Source: Octopus vulgaris
Taxonomy: Eukaryota
Length of the DNA stretch: 64,000 bases
NCBI GenBank assembly: GCA_951406725.2
Contig: OX597825.1
Location: 16,244,001-16,308,000 of the forward strand
Direction of reading: 5' to 3'
In this document: piece after piece, positions 1-13,859 of the stretch
How positions within the stretch are numbered: the stretch's first letter is position 1
Layout of the letters: the number at the start of each line of letters is the position of its first letter
Position numbers and translations under genes: made by a program
Notes under the pieces: model-generated
The model's database searches: none
What the model saw: only the letters and a program-made list of their open reading frames with translations
Told to the model about the DNA's origin: nothing

Positions 1-1803
1 TCAGTTTCCATCTTCCAAATCCACTCACAAGGCTTTGGTTGACCCAAGGCTATAGTAGAAGACTCTTGCCCAAGGTGCTATGCAGTGGGACTGAACCCGG
101 AACTATGTGGTTGGTAAGTAAGCTACTTACCACACATTTGACCGTAATGTGAATGCCAAAGGATTAAATTCAAATCACTTTGAAACATGGAAATTGTCAC
201 AGATCCAGTCCAATCTAAAGTGGGTTGCTATGGAAAGAGTTAAAATTCATAACCAGCCAGTTGTCTTTATATCCTCCATTCATAACAGTCAATCATATTA
301 ATGATGATAATGATGATAATGATGATAATGGTGATAATCTCATCAGTCATACCCTAACCATCTGCAAAACCTGTTTCCATAGTGAGACCACGTTCAGCTG
401 TGAAGATCACAGGATGAACGAAGGGAAACAAATTCGCCCTCATCCTGTGGTGTTCTGTACAGAAAAGGCAATGCAGAGAGAACTGAATTGATTCTCTATG
501 ATGTGTACCAGCGCAGCTTCTCCAATGGCAACAAGCAAATTACACACACACACATGTAAGACAAATCTGTTATTTATGTATTCACATTTGTCATGTCGAG
601 AAGCAGATACATATTTCATATGTTCCTTGCTGTCTCTCATCTAATCTCGGATGATTTATTTACAATTACATCACTGATGTAGTCAAAACAATACGTGTGT
701 GTGTTTCGCTTCTGTAGATACACACAGATCTGTGCATATGTCTGTGTGTGTGTGTGTGTGTGAGATTGGTAATTTTTTTTTTTATGTGTTTCAGTCATTG
801 GGCAGTGGCCATGCTGGAGTGCCACCTCGGAGGGGATTTGGTTGATCATATCGACCGCTGTGCTTATATTGTTAAGCCTGGAAATATCTTATCGATCTCC
901 CTCTTTAGCCACTAAGTTACAGGACGTAAACAAAGAACGCCATCGTTCAATTGGTGTAAACATAAAAACACATGAATCACATGCATACACACACACACAC
1001 ACACATACATCCATGCATATCCACTCACACATAAGTTTTGTTGTGTATGTACATATGTGTGTGTGTGTATATATATATATGTATATATATATGAAAATAT
1101 TAAAGTATATTCTTGTGTGTATATATATGTGCGTGTGTATATATATACATGTGTATAAATGTATGTATATATGTGTGTATATGTGTATATATATACACGT
1201 ATAAATGTATGTATATATGTATATATGTGTGTGTATGTCTCCATATACACTTATGTACATATATACTTATGTAAGTAAATGCATGTATATATGTGTGTAT
1301 GTATATATATATTTATATATATAGGGATGTTTGTGAATTTTTTGGTTAATAAATAATTATTAATTACTTTTCTCTCGGACCGGGCTGTGTGTTGTGTTCT
1401 TGAGCAAGACACTTTATTTCACGTTGCGATGTCACAGGTGCCAAGCTGTATCGGCCCCTTTGCCTTTCCCTTGGATTACATCAGTGGCATGGAGAGGGGA
1501 GGCTGGTATGCATGGGCGACTGCTGGTCTTCCATAAACAACCTTGCCCAGACTTGTGCCTGGGAGGGTAAATTTCTAGGTACAATCCCATGGTCAGTCAC
1601 GACCGAAGTGGGATCTCAATTACATTTCTATTCTCTCATAATAGATAAAATATATATAAACCACGGTTTATATAGTTACCTTGCAGTTGAGTATTAAATA
1701 TGATGTTCAATACTCTTTGTTTAGGTAATTAACCAGTACTTTCATAGGATCTTGCTATCCCTGAATGAGGTTTGTAACCTTTAATTGTACTTATATATCT
1801 ATG

Positions 1804-1854
<51 letters not shown>

Positions 1855-2735
1855 ATGTATATATACCTCAGTGAAGAACCACACAACACACTCAAGGCCT
1901 ATCTACTCGAATGGAAATCTCTACCTTTACATAAAACAGAATTGGTCCTACAAAACAAATACCTGTGGATCAACTTTGAGCAAACTGAAACAAAGAACAC
2001 CTGACCGAGATGTCACACCTTTTTGTATTGACCAATAATCTGCAAAACCATAGTATTATTAACATCACTAAAACAGATTTTCCTTCTGTTAGACAATGTA
2101 ATGGATTAACGGATTTAAGCACCCATCAAGTGCTTCTTCAAAGCAAACAACAACTGAAGAATTTCCAGTTGACAGTGACAAAGATTGCCGACAATGGCAA
2201 GGGTGGTTAAGGCTTCATAGCATTTAAGTGTAAAAGACAAGCATTGTGGTATATGTCTGTTTATTTGCACTGGTTATTATTATCATCATCATCATCATCT
2301 CCCCTCCATACACACACAAGCATGTATCTGACTCATGCATTGTTCGCTTTCCAGACATTTGTACATTACTGCATATACTCTGACAAGTTGTGGTGCACCT
2401 GAGCACTGTACACAATAATTTCATTATATTATATTATATTAATTATATTATATTATATATTTAGCATCTGTTGTCCATGCTGGTATGGGTTGGACAGTTT
2501 GACTGGGCTGGTATGCTGGAAGGCTGTGTCAAGCTCCAGTCTGATTTAGCATGGTTTTCTATGGCTGGATGCTCTTCCTAATGCCAACCACTCCAAGATT
2601 GTAATGGGTGCTTTTACATGCCACTGGCTTGGGTGCCATTTGTGTGACACTGGTATCTGCCATAACTGCAATTTTGCTTGGCTTGATGGGTCTTCTTCTC
2701 AAGCAGGACATAATGCCAAAAGTCTTGGTCATTGT

Positions 2736-2955
2736 CTCCGTGAGGCCCAACACTTAGAAAGAGCTTGACCACCTCACCTCTGTGAGGCCCACTCGAAAGG
2801 AACTCAGCCACCTTACGTCCAGGAGGCCCAACCCTAAAAAGGATCTCAGCCACTTTGCCTCCATGAGGCCCAATGCTCAGAAAGAACTCAGCCACTTTAC
2901 CTCCATCAGGCCCATTGCTTGAAAGGAACTCAGCCACTATGCCTCCATGAGGCCC
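2736..2955. repeat. Minisatellite, about 42-bp unit x5
   Basis: Unit ctccatgaggcccaatgctcagaaagaactcagccactttac, adjoining a family C repeat. Confidence 0.85.
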
Positions 2956-3357
2956 AGGCCCAGCAAACAAATATTTACAAATGTGAATCATCATCATTTA
3001 TCATCTGCTTTTCCATGCTTGCATGAGTCAGACAAAATTTGTTGAAGTGGATTTTCTATGGCTGGGTACCCTTCTTGTTACCACCCTTCACTCATTTCCA
3101 CCCCGAGTATTATATCCTCACGTCCAGACCTGTTCTTCGCAGAAAACTGGAAATAAATGTCATACAATCTTGCTTATATGATGATGATGCTTCAGTTCAC
3201 TCAGCTGTAGAAATGAGTTGCGACATCACTGGTACCAAGCTGAATCGGCCCCTTTGCCTTTCCCTTGGATAACATCAGTGGCGTGGAGAGGGGAGCCAGG
3301 TATGCATGGCTGACTGCTGGCCTTCTATAAACAATCTTGCTTGGACTTGTGCATTAC

Positions 3358-3768
3358 TCTCTCTCTCTTTTACTTGTTTCAGTCATTTGACTGTGGCCAT
3401 GCTGGAGCACCGCCTTTAGTCGAGCAAATCGACCCCGGGACTTATTCTTTGTAAGCCCAGTACTTATTCTATCGGTCTCTTTTGCCAAACCACTAAGTGA
3501 CGGGGACGTAAACACACCAGCATCGGTTGTCAAGCGATGCTAGGGGGACAAACACAGACACACAATCACACACACACACATACATATACATATATACATA
3601 TATACGACAGGCTTCTTTCAGTTTCTGTCTACCAAATCCACTCACAAGGCATTGGTCGGCCCGGGGCTATAGTAGAAGACACTTGCCCAAGATGCCATGC
3701 GGTGGGACTGAACCCGGAACCATGTGGTTGGTTAGCAAGCTACTTACCACACAGCCACTCCTGCGCCT
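3358..3768 (-). mobile_element. SINE A copy nested in a SINE E copy (about 3190-3840)
   Basis: The host element matches the uninterrupted copy at about 1375-1620 and resumes after the insertion (gacttgtgc ... gagggtaac). Confidence 0.85.
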
Positions 3769-3929
3769 ATATTAGAGGGTAACTTTCTAGGTGCAATCCC
3801 ATGGTCATTTATGACCGAAGGGGGTCTTTGCCTTTTACTTTTGTATATATATGAATGTATGTGTCTGTATTTATATTACACACACAGGCTCACATGATCT
3901 TATGCTCACCACATACATATACACACACT

Positions 3930-4215
3930 GCTCCTTCCCCCATGTCCTCACACGTGCGCTCGTAGGCCCCAATTTAACCAGTCATTTCAACATATGAATC
4001 CTTTCATCCTGACACATTTTTTTCTCTCTCCCTGATTTTTTTTTCTCTCTCCCTCTCTCCATTTTTTTCCCCCTCTCATTCCTCTTTGCTGAAGAGCATA
4101 GGTTTGAAACATCAAAGACTTCATTTTTCCCAAGTGACAAACTAATACATCTACTTGCTGTTCCTTCAGCCGTGTCTCTCTTCTGTTTCCTGTACATTTG
4201 GACCATATACAAACA
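3930..4215 (+). mobile_element. Third, CpG-decayed copy of the same Penelope-like repeat
   Basis: tttgctgaagagcataggtttgaaacatcaaagac corresponds to ttctgtcgaagagcgtaggctcgaaacgttaaagac with CpG to TpG/CpA changes. Confidence 0.5.
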
Positions 4216-4860
4216 CACACATCTCTTGTGAGCTCTGGCTACAAATACTTGTGAAACGATTTGTAGCTGAGCTGAACATTTCCTGCTGACAAATTGCCTG
4301 CTATTTTCGGTACTTTCAAATTTTCCTGGAATAAAACAAAATTCCCTACTTGAGAAATAGGTTAAGGTTGGTAGAAGGAAGAGTATCCGGTTTGAAAAAA
4401 TCCTGCCTTGAATAACTTTCCTTCTAAGTCATGTTACCATGGAAACTAGACATTAAGTGAACCATCATCATCGTCGTTTAACATCCGCTTTCCATGCTGG
4501 CATGGTTGGACGATTTTGACTGAGGTCTGGTAAACCAGATGGCTACACCAGGCTCCAATCTGATTTGGCTAGGTTTCTACAGCTGGATGCCCTTCCTAAC
4601 ACAAACCACTCCGAGAGTGTAGTTGGTGCTTATATATATATTTATATATATATACACACACTACACACACACATGTTTTGAGTGTTGGATGTTGTATATA
4701 TATATGTGTGTGTGTATGTGTATTTGTATTTACCTACACACACATGTGGATATGTATGTTTATGCATGTGTGTACGTATGCATATATTTATATGTATGTG
4801 TGTGTGTGTATATATCTATATATATATACCCACTCACACCCACACACATGTGGGTGTTTC

Positions 4861-4909
<49 letters not shown>

Positions 4910-4912
4910 TTA

Positions 4913-4952
<40 letters not shown>

Positions 4953-6062
4953 CACACGCACATATATATATATAGTTCTTCATTACATTAATATTGTTTG
5001 TTATGTAAATAATAAATACAGTATATTTCTTGTATGGAAAAGAATTAAACAAAAAAACATAAATATAATAATTTTGTTCCGGAAAACAAAAAAAAATAAG
5101 TAAAAAAAAAACAAACAAAAAAACACCATCAACAATGATTTTTGTGAATACTTAAAAGTCTTACTGCTGTCACTGCATCAAATATTGGCGCCACCATTCT
5201 TGCATTTAAACAGTATATTCTTTATCTATTATTCAGGAAATTTCATTTAGATTTACCTCCTTACCTTTCTCCGTCGCCTCACCAATCACTCATCTCACAT
5301 CTCTGTCTTCCAAGTTTTGTTTAATAAACACCCCCCCCCACTGCCATCTTTTTACCAAAACTGGAATTCAGTTTTGATTTTTTTTTTTTTTTGATTTTTT
5401 TTTTCTTTCTGGAATGATACAGTTTTGATGCTTCTTCTCTCTTAAAGAAAAATAACGTTTTGGCAAAACGAGAGAAGGAAAAAAAAAATTATTTTTGAAA
5501 AAAAATATTAATTTAAATCATATAAAAAAATTAAGAAAGTATCAGCTTATGTTTGCTTCCTTTGTCATATTGGTGTTGATAATAAACTAGCTCGTCAAAA
5601 GGCATTGCTGTTGTTTCAGTCGGCCTGGAGAACCTTTATTCTTAACCTCTTTGATGCCGACTTGCCGTAGCCCCATCTCTGGTGTTTTCAGATGAAATTA
5701 CCTATTTAGGAATATTCATATTTAAATTAAAATCTTATATTATAGATTTATGTAAGAAACTTTTTGTCAAGTTTTGTCAAGACACTGGCGCTTTGTAATT
5801 AAAAATGCGTACTGTTTAAGTTTGTTCTTTGAAATTCTTGATTATTTCGAAAATAAATGAAGTTCACTGTCAATGTGTTTCTTAAGAAATACAGCCTCGA
5901 AAAGGTTAAAGAGACCCATGGCACAAAGGCGACCAACAATGGAATCACTTGACTTGTTTTTCTTATGCTGGTCATACAGCCGCAGGTGTGGCTGTGTGGT
6001 AAGAAGCTTGCTTACCAACCACATGGTTCTGGGTTCAGCTAAAGGATAGCAACAACAAGAGA

Positions 6063-6260
6063 CGTGGAGGTGCAATGGCCCAGTGGTTAAGTCAGTGGAC
6101 TCACAATCGTAAGAACCTGGTTTCAATTCCCAGACTGGGCATTGTGAGTGTTTATTGAGCACAAACACCTAAGCTCCATGAGGCTCCGGCGAGGAGGGGT
6201 GGTGAACCCCGCTGTACTCTTTCACCACAACTTTCTCTCACTCTTTCTTCCTACTTCTGC
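6063..6260 (+). mobile_element. SINE family D (tRNA-like head)
   Basis: gtggaggtgcaatggcccagtggttaag...ggtttcaattccc; other copies on the minus strand at about 15490-15680 and 27115-27412. Confidence 0.75.
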
Positions 6261-6544
6261 GACAAAGCTAAGGATCCATGGTGTAACCCACTATGGTGTG
6301 GTAAACTTTCAGACCCTAGTCTAGATTGCGAATCCTCTGTACCCCAGGAGGGTTCAGCTCTCCACCCGATAAAAGCCACCGTTTACGGAATGAGGGTAAC
6401 AGCGTAGCTTTCGCACCTGTGCAACCGCCAGTCTATCATGTGTGGTGGGTGGATCTTCAAGTTGCCACACGCATTCTTAGTAGCTTAGAGTAGGCTTGAA
6501 TTAGAGATTATTCTTTGTGGCTAATGGCGTGAGTCCTGATTGGA

Positions 6545-6848
6545 AGCAGAAGAAGAAGTGATGAAGAAGAATATGAAGTGAAGAAGAAGTGATGAAGAAG
6601 AAGAAGAAGTGATGAAGAAGAAGATGAAGTGAAGAAGAAGAAGAAGAAGTGATGAAGAAGAAGAAGAAGTGATGAAGAAGATGAAGTGAAGAAGAAGATG
6701 AAGTGAAGAAGAAGATGAAGTGAAGAAGAAGTGATAAAGAAGAAGAAGTGATGAAGAAGACGAAGTGATGAAGAAGAAGATGAAGTGAAGAAGTGATGAA
6801 GAAGAAGTGATAAAGAAGAAGAAGAAGTGATGAAGAAGAAGAAGAAAG
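6545..6848. repeat. Compound (GAA)n/GTGAT purine-rich microsatellite
   Basis: Direct reading. Confidence 0.95.
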
Positions 6849-7375
6849 ACAGACAAACAGACCTTCTCTGTGGTCATGCAACCTGCTAGAAATAGCAGCC
6901 TAATTAATCTCTCTAAAATCACATCTTACTAACAGTATACAAAAAAAAAAAAAATAAAAGTAATAAAGGACACATTGTGTAGTGTAGTTCACTGCTGGAA
7001 TGTCTATGATATAAAAAGTCATCTTGACCCGACGTAGTGCAATTAGGACCGTTAATTTAGTAAGACTCATGTGAGGCATCCAGCTAGGACATCGGTTCCA
7101 TCACAGTTACCCCGGGGCTAAGCAACAACAACAGCAACAACAATAGTGAGCTGCATATCTACTGTTACCACTTATATGCGCATCTGCACACATGCAAGCG
7201 TACTTCTAATAATCCTGGGAAACGCACAGAATGTTGCAATCTATAATTTGTCTCTCCAACTAACTAACTTTAACTCACGTTCACCCTCCTCTTCTCCCTC
7301 CCCTCGTCCCCCCTCACCCCACAGCACCGTTTTCTTTTCTTCTTTTTTTCTTCTCATTTCATTTGAATAATGAAA

Positions 7376-7377
<2 letters not shown>

Positions 7378-7411
<34 letters not shown>

Positions 7412-7474
7412 TATTATTATTATTATTATTACCATTATTATTATTATTACCATTATTATTATTATTAATATAAC

Positions 7475-7510
<36 letters not shown>

Positions 7511-7511
7511 T

Positions 7512-7542
<31 letters not shown>

Positions 7543-7690
7543 TTATTATTATTACCATTATTATTATTATTATTATAACCATTATTATTATTATTATTAT
7601 TACCATTATTATTATTATTATTATTATTATTATAACCATTAATATTATTATTATTATTATTATTACCATTATTATTATTATTATTATAAC

Positions 7691-7726
<36 letters not shown>

Positions 7727-7777
7727 TATTAATATTATTATTATAACCATTATTTTTATTATTATTATTATTATTAC

Positions 7778-7814
<37 letters not shown>

Positions 7815-7820
7815 ATTATT
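7378..7820. repeat. (ATT)n array with ACC interruptions
   Basis: Direct reading. Confidence 0.95.
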
Positions 7821-8296
7821 TGACATTGTGTTTAGCACAAAAGAAGAAAAAAATGGAGAAAAAAAATACGATAAAAAGAAACGACAAAACATCTTGCTTT
7901 TTTCTTAAACAAATTAATTAATATGGAAATAGCAAACTAATTAATAAGGTATGATGAACCGAATTAATAAAGAAGTGCCATCTGAAATCAACAATATTTC
8001 CAAAACACCTTCCTCCACAGATGACAGTCACACAAGGTTAGAGAGAGAAAGGAAAAAAAGAAAAGAAAAAAAAAGGAACAAGAACAGCAACTGTGAAGGT
8101 GTTTCTAAGTTCATTCTTCAAGTCAGAACAATAATTGATGAAAAAAAAAATGAACCAGCATCTCCCTTTTACCTGGACATCTGATTGGTTACCTGTCGAT
8201 ACGACCCCATCAGGCTCTCTCTCTCTAATTAGTGACTTTTATTACACAGGCACAAGGATACAAAGTTAGAGATGATGATGATAATAATAATAATAA

Positions 8297-8545
8297 TCTC
8301 TCTCTACATAAAGCTGAAGTTGTCTGTGTATGGAAGGTTTGGTAGCCTTCAACTAACACTATCTCCTCCGAGACCCTGCGGCGCAAGTTGACCAAAATTG
8401 AGTGTATGATAGAAGAAGGCTTGCTCTTCCTTCCGTAGAAGAAAAAAATTCAAATCGGACCATGTTAACACCTAAAATTATTTACATCAAAAAGGTGTTT
8501 TTTTTTCTATGAAAATCCCTATTTTTTACTTTTTTTTTGACTGCT
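8297..8545 (+). mobile_element. Non-autonomous Helitron-like 5' fragment
   Basis: Begins TCTCT..ACATAAAGCTGAAGTTGTCTGT...ACTATCTCCTCCGAGACC, resembling small Helitron-type elements; family assignment is inferred. Confidence 0.4.
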
Positions 8546-8977
8546 GAAATTTGATGGGGAGGAGCTAAGTTGATTACATTGACCCTTGTTTTTAACTGGT
8601 ATTTAATTTATTGACCCTGAAAGGATGAAAGGCAAAGCTGACCTTGGTGGAATTTGAACTCAGAACATAAAGATGGGTGAAATACTGCTAAGCATTTTGC
8701 CTGGTGTAGCTCACTGCCTTGGACAACAACAACAACAACAACAATAATAATAATAATGATAATAATCTTTTCTACTAAAGGCACAAGGCCTGAAATTTTG
8801 CAGGAGGGGACTAGTTGATTAAATTGATCTCAGTGTTTCACTGGTACTTAATTTATCGACCCCGAAAGGATGAAAGGCAAAGTTGACCTCAGTGGAATTT
8901 GAACCCAGAATGTGAAGACAGAAGAAATGCTACTAAGCATTTTGCCCAATGTGCTAATAATTCTGCCAGCTCACCAC

Positions 8978-9016
<39 letters not shown>

Positions 9017-9700
9017 TGCCCTGATGCAGTACCAGGCAGTAGATCTCGTAGTTTCTGATCTTAACTGATTGGAAGTGTTATCATGTACATTGTTTTGTCT
9101 TGGTATAAAAGATGGGCTACAGCAAATATTCTGCTCAATACCACAGATTTGCTTGTCAGTTGTTTGACCTTAACCAGTTGAGAGTATGTCCCTTAGTGGC
9201 TGACGATATGTGCATCTCAGATCACGAGCAGAAGTAGTGGGGGAGCATCATAGTCATGTGTCGAGAGGGATTCTTTGGAGTTTGAATGACTCACCTCTGG
9301 CATTTTGGCCATCTTTATGTTCTGAGTTCAAATTCTGCTGAGGTCAACTTTGCCTTTCATCTTTTCAAGGTCAGTATATTAAGTACCAGTTATCCACTGG
9401 GGTCAATGTAATCGTCTTAATCCCTTCTCCCCAAATTTGAAGCTTTGTAGAAAGGAATATTATTATTATTATTATTATCATTAAGGTGGTGAGATGGCAG
9501 AATCGTTAGCACACCAGGCAAACTACCAAGCAGCATTTTGTCTGTCTATATGTTCTGAGTTCAAACCCTGCTGAGGTCGACTTTGCCTTTTTATGCTTTC
9601 AGGGTCGATAAAATAAGTACCAGTTGAACACTGGGGGTTGATGCAATTGACTCATCCCCTTCCCCAAAATTACTGCCCTTGTGGCAAAAATTTGAAACCC
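8545..9700. mobile_element. Cluster of four CpG-decayed SINE B copies (two minus, two plus) just upstream of the VAMP4 exon
   Basis: Minus copies at about 8545-8720 and 8765-8978; plus copies at about 9300-9455 and 9482-9700. Confidence 0.8.
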
Positions 9701-9734
9701 TTATTATTATTATTGTTCTTATTATATTTTACAG

Positions 9735-9814
9735 ATGACCTTGTTACCAATTCAGACCTCTTCAGATCTCGTGCTGTCAACCTTCGACAAAGAATGTGGT
9801 GGCAGAATTGTTGG
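9735..9814 (+). CDS. VAMP4: VAMP4-like R-SNARE, internal exon (C-terminal half of the synaptobrevin coil plus juxtamembrane WW motif)
   Basis: Bounded by ttttacAG and TGG|GTATGT; 80 nt, phase 1 to 0. Translates xDLVTNSDLFRSRAVNLRQRMWWQNCW, resembling vertebrate VAMP4 SLSDNATAFSNRSKQLRRQMWWRGCK. As I recall (unverified), the equivalent human VAMP4 exon is also 80 nt. Confidence 0.9.
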
Positions 9815-11028
9815 GTATGTATAACACCTACATTATTTTGTGTTAACAATCTCTATGGGGAGTGGGGTGGTGATGTATTTATGTTGAGAATGTCAATTAT
9901 CACATTAATTAATTTTTGATTTAATTTTAATTTCTCTTTCATATTTCATATTTGTTCATATTTCTGTCTAACTTATTGTTTTCGACTCCACTCCACTTAC
10001 CACTGTTTTGCCACTCCACTTCTTACCAATACTGTTGGTACTTCTACATTTCTTTACAACTTCTATTATAGTTTCCACTCTGTTTTTTTTTTATTATTAA
10101 GTAACACTCTCAGAGTGGTGGGTGTTAGGAAGGGCATCCAGCTGTAGAAACTTTACCAGATCAGATTGGAGCCTGGTGCAGCCTTCTGGCTTTCCAGACC
10201 TCACTCAAACTGTCTAACCCATGCCAGCATGGAAAACAGACGTTAAACGATGATGATGATGATGACCACTCTAATACTACTATTGATACCACTCCAATTT
10301 TTAGTACCACTTCATTTTGTGCCACTCCAGGTCAAGCATGGCTGTGTGGTAAGAAGTTTGTTTCCCAGCCACAAAGTTTCAGGTTCAGTCCCACTGTGTG
10401 GAACCTAAAGGAAGTGTCTTCTACTATAGCCCTGGGTGGATCAAAGCCTTGGGAGTGGATTCAGTTGACAGAAACTGTGTGGAAGCCTGTCATATGTCAT
10501 CATAATCCTTGTTTAGCTTCCACTTTCCCTGCTGGCATGGGTTAGATGGTTTGACTAGAACTGGTAAGCTTGAGAGCTTTACCAGGTTCCGGTCTGGTGT
10601 TGGCTTGGTTTCTATGGCTGGATGCCCTTCCTAACACCAAGCACTCAAAGAGTGTAGTGGGTGCTTCTTATGTATCACCAGTACAGGTGCTTTTATGTGT
10701 TATTGGCATATATATATAAAAACTTTGCATAAACGTTTCTTACCATTGTACTTTGGTTGCCTGGGATCACAGAATGTGAGCGGCTTCTGTTTGCATGAGC
10801 TCTACTCATCTTGGGTGGAAGATAATGTTATTACAAATCAGTTCAACATCACCTCTTGACTCTTGGCCACCTTTAGTTTAATCCACCGTGTTGCAAATGT
10901 TTGACTAAGTTTCTGGTTCGAGGCTAACTTTCTCCCTCTGGTTTGAGGCTAACTTTGTCCGTCTTGTTTGTGGTTAAATTCCTCCCCAACTTAGTGACTC
11001 ACAAACTTGCTCTTAATCTTACAAAGTA

Positions 11029-11591
11029 TACATGGTTTGGTCGAAAAATGTCGGGACTGGAGCTTGCAAGAAGAAAACTACGACACATATCAATTCAGCA
11101 TTTAATCTCCTTTGGATTGGTCCCTTCTGAAACCATTTACTTTATCCAACATGGTTTCTGTTGATGGAAGCATTCCTGGAACACCTTTTTTTGGGGTAGC
11201 AAGCACCTGCCTTATAGCGTTCTCTCAGACTTCTTCAACATTTTGAAATCTTGTTCCTTTGAAGCATGATTCGATTTTTGGAAAGATTCTTGGCTGTGAT
11301 AACCTCCAAGCTATGTCTCATTCTATGCACACACACACACACTTTCACTGCCATGGTCACTGATGGAACCTCTGCGGCGTGAGTGGCATGAGGCGATCAT
11401 TCTCTGCACACTTTACTTCCAAGTACTGTTATAAAGAACTGAAGTGGATGGAAATGCTATTACTTGGTGTGCATTCACAAGAACTGAAGGTCAAGAGCTG
11501 AAGGTCAACCTGTGCCGAGTGGCTTCAATGTGTTTACTTAAGAGCCGTTACCATAGCAACAATTGCGATAGTTTCTAATTCAGACCTTGTA
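11029..11591 (-). mobile_element. Internally deleted mariner transposon
   Basis: TA-flanked imperfect TIRs (TACATGGTTTGGTCGAAAAATG / TACAAGGTCTGAATTAGAAACT); minus strand encodes FPKIESCFKGTRFQNVEEV*...FQECFHQQKPCWIK*MVSEG, a mariner transposase C-terminus. Confidence 0.75.
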
Positions 11592-12236
11592 TGAGACAGT
11601 TTCTAAGTCATAAAAATGCGATCATTTCTGAAGTAAAGTGTATCAAACTATAAGATTTTATTTAAATTAAGAAAAACAACCAAGAAAATAAAAAAAAAAA
11701 AAAAAAAATAACGAAATAAAGAAAATTTCGTTTTAGAAATTTCTTTTCATAGCCTCAGAATTATAATTAAACCGTTATATAGTTTAACAAAATGTGGCTG
11801 GAATGTATAAACTCATCATTGAGATAATAGTGTTAAAAATAATAAAATAAAGTAATTTAGATTCATAATTATAATTTATCTGAAGTATGTATGTTTTAAA
11901 TAAACATATTTTAAATTGAAAGACCTCAAGATTTTCTTTGAAGAAATAAAAGCTTAAAATAGACAAGAAACTCTAAAATCTGAGGATTTTTATTGTGCTA
12001 AATTGACAGAAGCTTTAAAACTAAAGTAATTTTTACTGTCTTAGAATACCAAAAGAGTTTTAAAAAATTGAACTTCACCTGTTTTAATGTTAGAACGGTA
12101 TTTATTGAAGTGATGTGTAAGAGTGAGAATGTTGTGAAATGAAAAATTAACTTCACTGGCGGAATGCTTATGTATTGAAAGCCAAAACAAAAGCAAAAAA
12201 AAAGAAGAATGAGTATTGTTTTATAATGCTAAGTAA

Positions 12237-12282
<46 letters not shown>

Positions 12283-12409
12283 ACGATGATGATGATGATG
12301 ATGATGATATATATATATATATATATTATATCAAATTAGAGACAAAACCACTATTATGCAAATCAAACAAAGAAACCTTGTAAATTTGGATTTATTCCCT
12401 AATATTTAT

Positions 12410-12454
<45 letters not shown>

Positions 12455-12633
12455 AGTTGAATGAATTATCTTGTTATGGTTAACCGATACCTGGGTAGCA
12501 AATTCACATCAGAGAAGACACGTTTGAAGTTACGTGCTTTCGTGTGGAAATTTGTATGTTTTTTTTTTAATATAAATATATGAAAGAATGGAGTTTTGTT
12601 AATTCGTTGTTCAACACCATTCTTTCATATATT

Positions 12634-12710
<77 letters not shown>

Positions 12711-12922
12711 GTGTGTGTGTCTGTGTGTGTGCGTGTGCATCTGTGTATATGTGTCTCTGTGTATGTCTGTCTTTACTATGTGTGTGTACTATATACATGT
12801 GTGTGTGTGTGTATGTATGTTTTTGTATATATGTGCATATGTATGTGTGTGTGTATGTATGTATATATATATGTGTGTCATCATCATCGTTTAACGTCTG
12901 TTCTCCATGCTAGCATGGGTTG

Positions 12923-12966
<44 letters not shown>

Positions 12967-13859
12967 GTGTGTGTGTGTGTCTGTATGTATACATGTGTAT
13001 GTGTATATGTATATATGTATGTATCTGAATATGTATTTATATATGTGTTTGTGTATATATATGTGTGTGTGTATATATATATATACCTATACATGTGTGT
13101 GTATGTATGTATATATGTATATATATATATGTGTGTGTGTGTGTTTGTGTATGTATGTATAATTGAAAAATATACAATGACTATTCCAAAACTAGTCTCA
13201 TTTCTTCCATAAATTTTGCAGAAAAGGAAACAAGATTAGTTTTGTAAAAGTAATTGATTCTGTAAATAAAGACATCCACCTTGTATCTTATTCAATGAAT
13301 AAAAAAAAGCCGGAAGCCATGAATAAACCATAATTATCCTTCACAACTGAGTACGACATAGTAGTGTGTACCATGCTTTCACTCAGCATTTTAGGTGCTT
13401 GTTTAGTCACAAGCTGGTGTAGGTACATACTTTCCCCTTTGCCCCCCACTGTTGACCTAGGGAAATTTCCAAGAAGTATCTATCTCTATATATTTCTTTA
13501 CTACCCACAAGGGGCTAAACACAGAGGGGACAAACAAGGACAGACAAACGGATTAAGTCGATTATATCGAACCCAGTGCGTAACTGGTACTTAATTTATC
13601 GACCCCGAAAGGATGAAAGGCAAAGTCGACCTCGGCGGAATTTGAACTCAGAACGTAACGACAGACGGAATACAGCTACGCATTTCGCCCGGTGTGTTAA
13701 CGATTCTGCTAGCTCACTGCCTTAAATATGTCTCCTCTACAGCAAGACACCTGTTCCAGCCTCTCTATCATACTTTATCCTTTCCCTAACTGGCATAAAA
13801 TCACCTCACTCAATGCTACACCCACCTCAGTTGAGTGGGATCTTGTCTTAAAAATTACT

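Noticed and set aside
2614-2997. GPHGGKVAEF repeat protein
   Set aside because: Product of a 42-bp minisatellite adjoining a dispersed repeat.
1-9734. Upstream VAMP4 exons (the ERGE-containing SNARE N-terminal half)
   Set aside because: No matching exon found by eye; probably upstream of the window.
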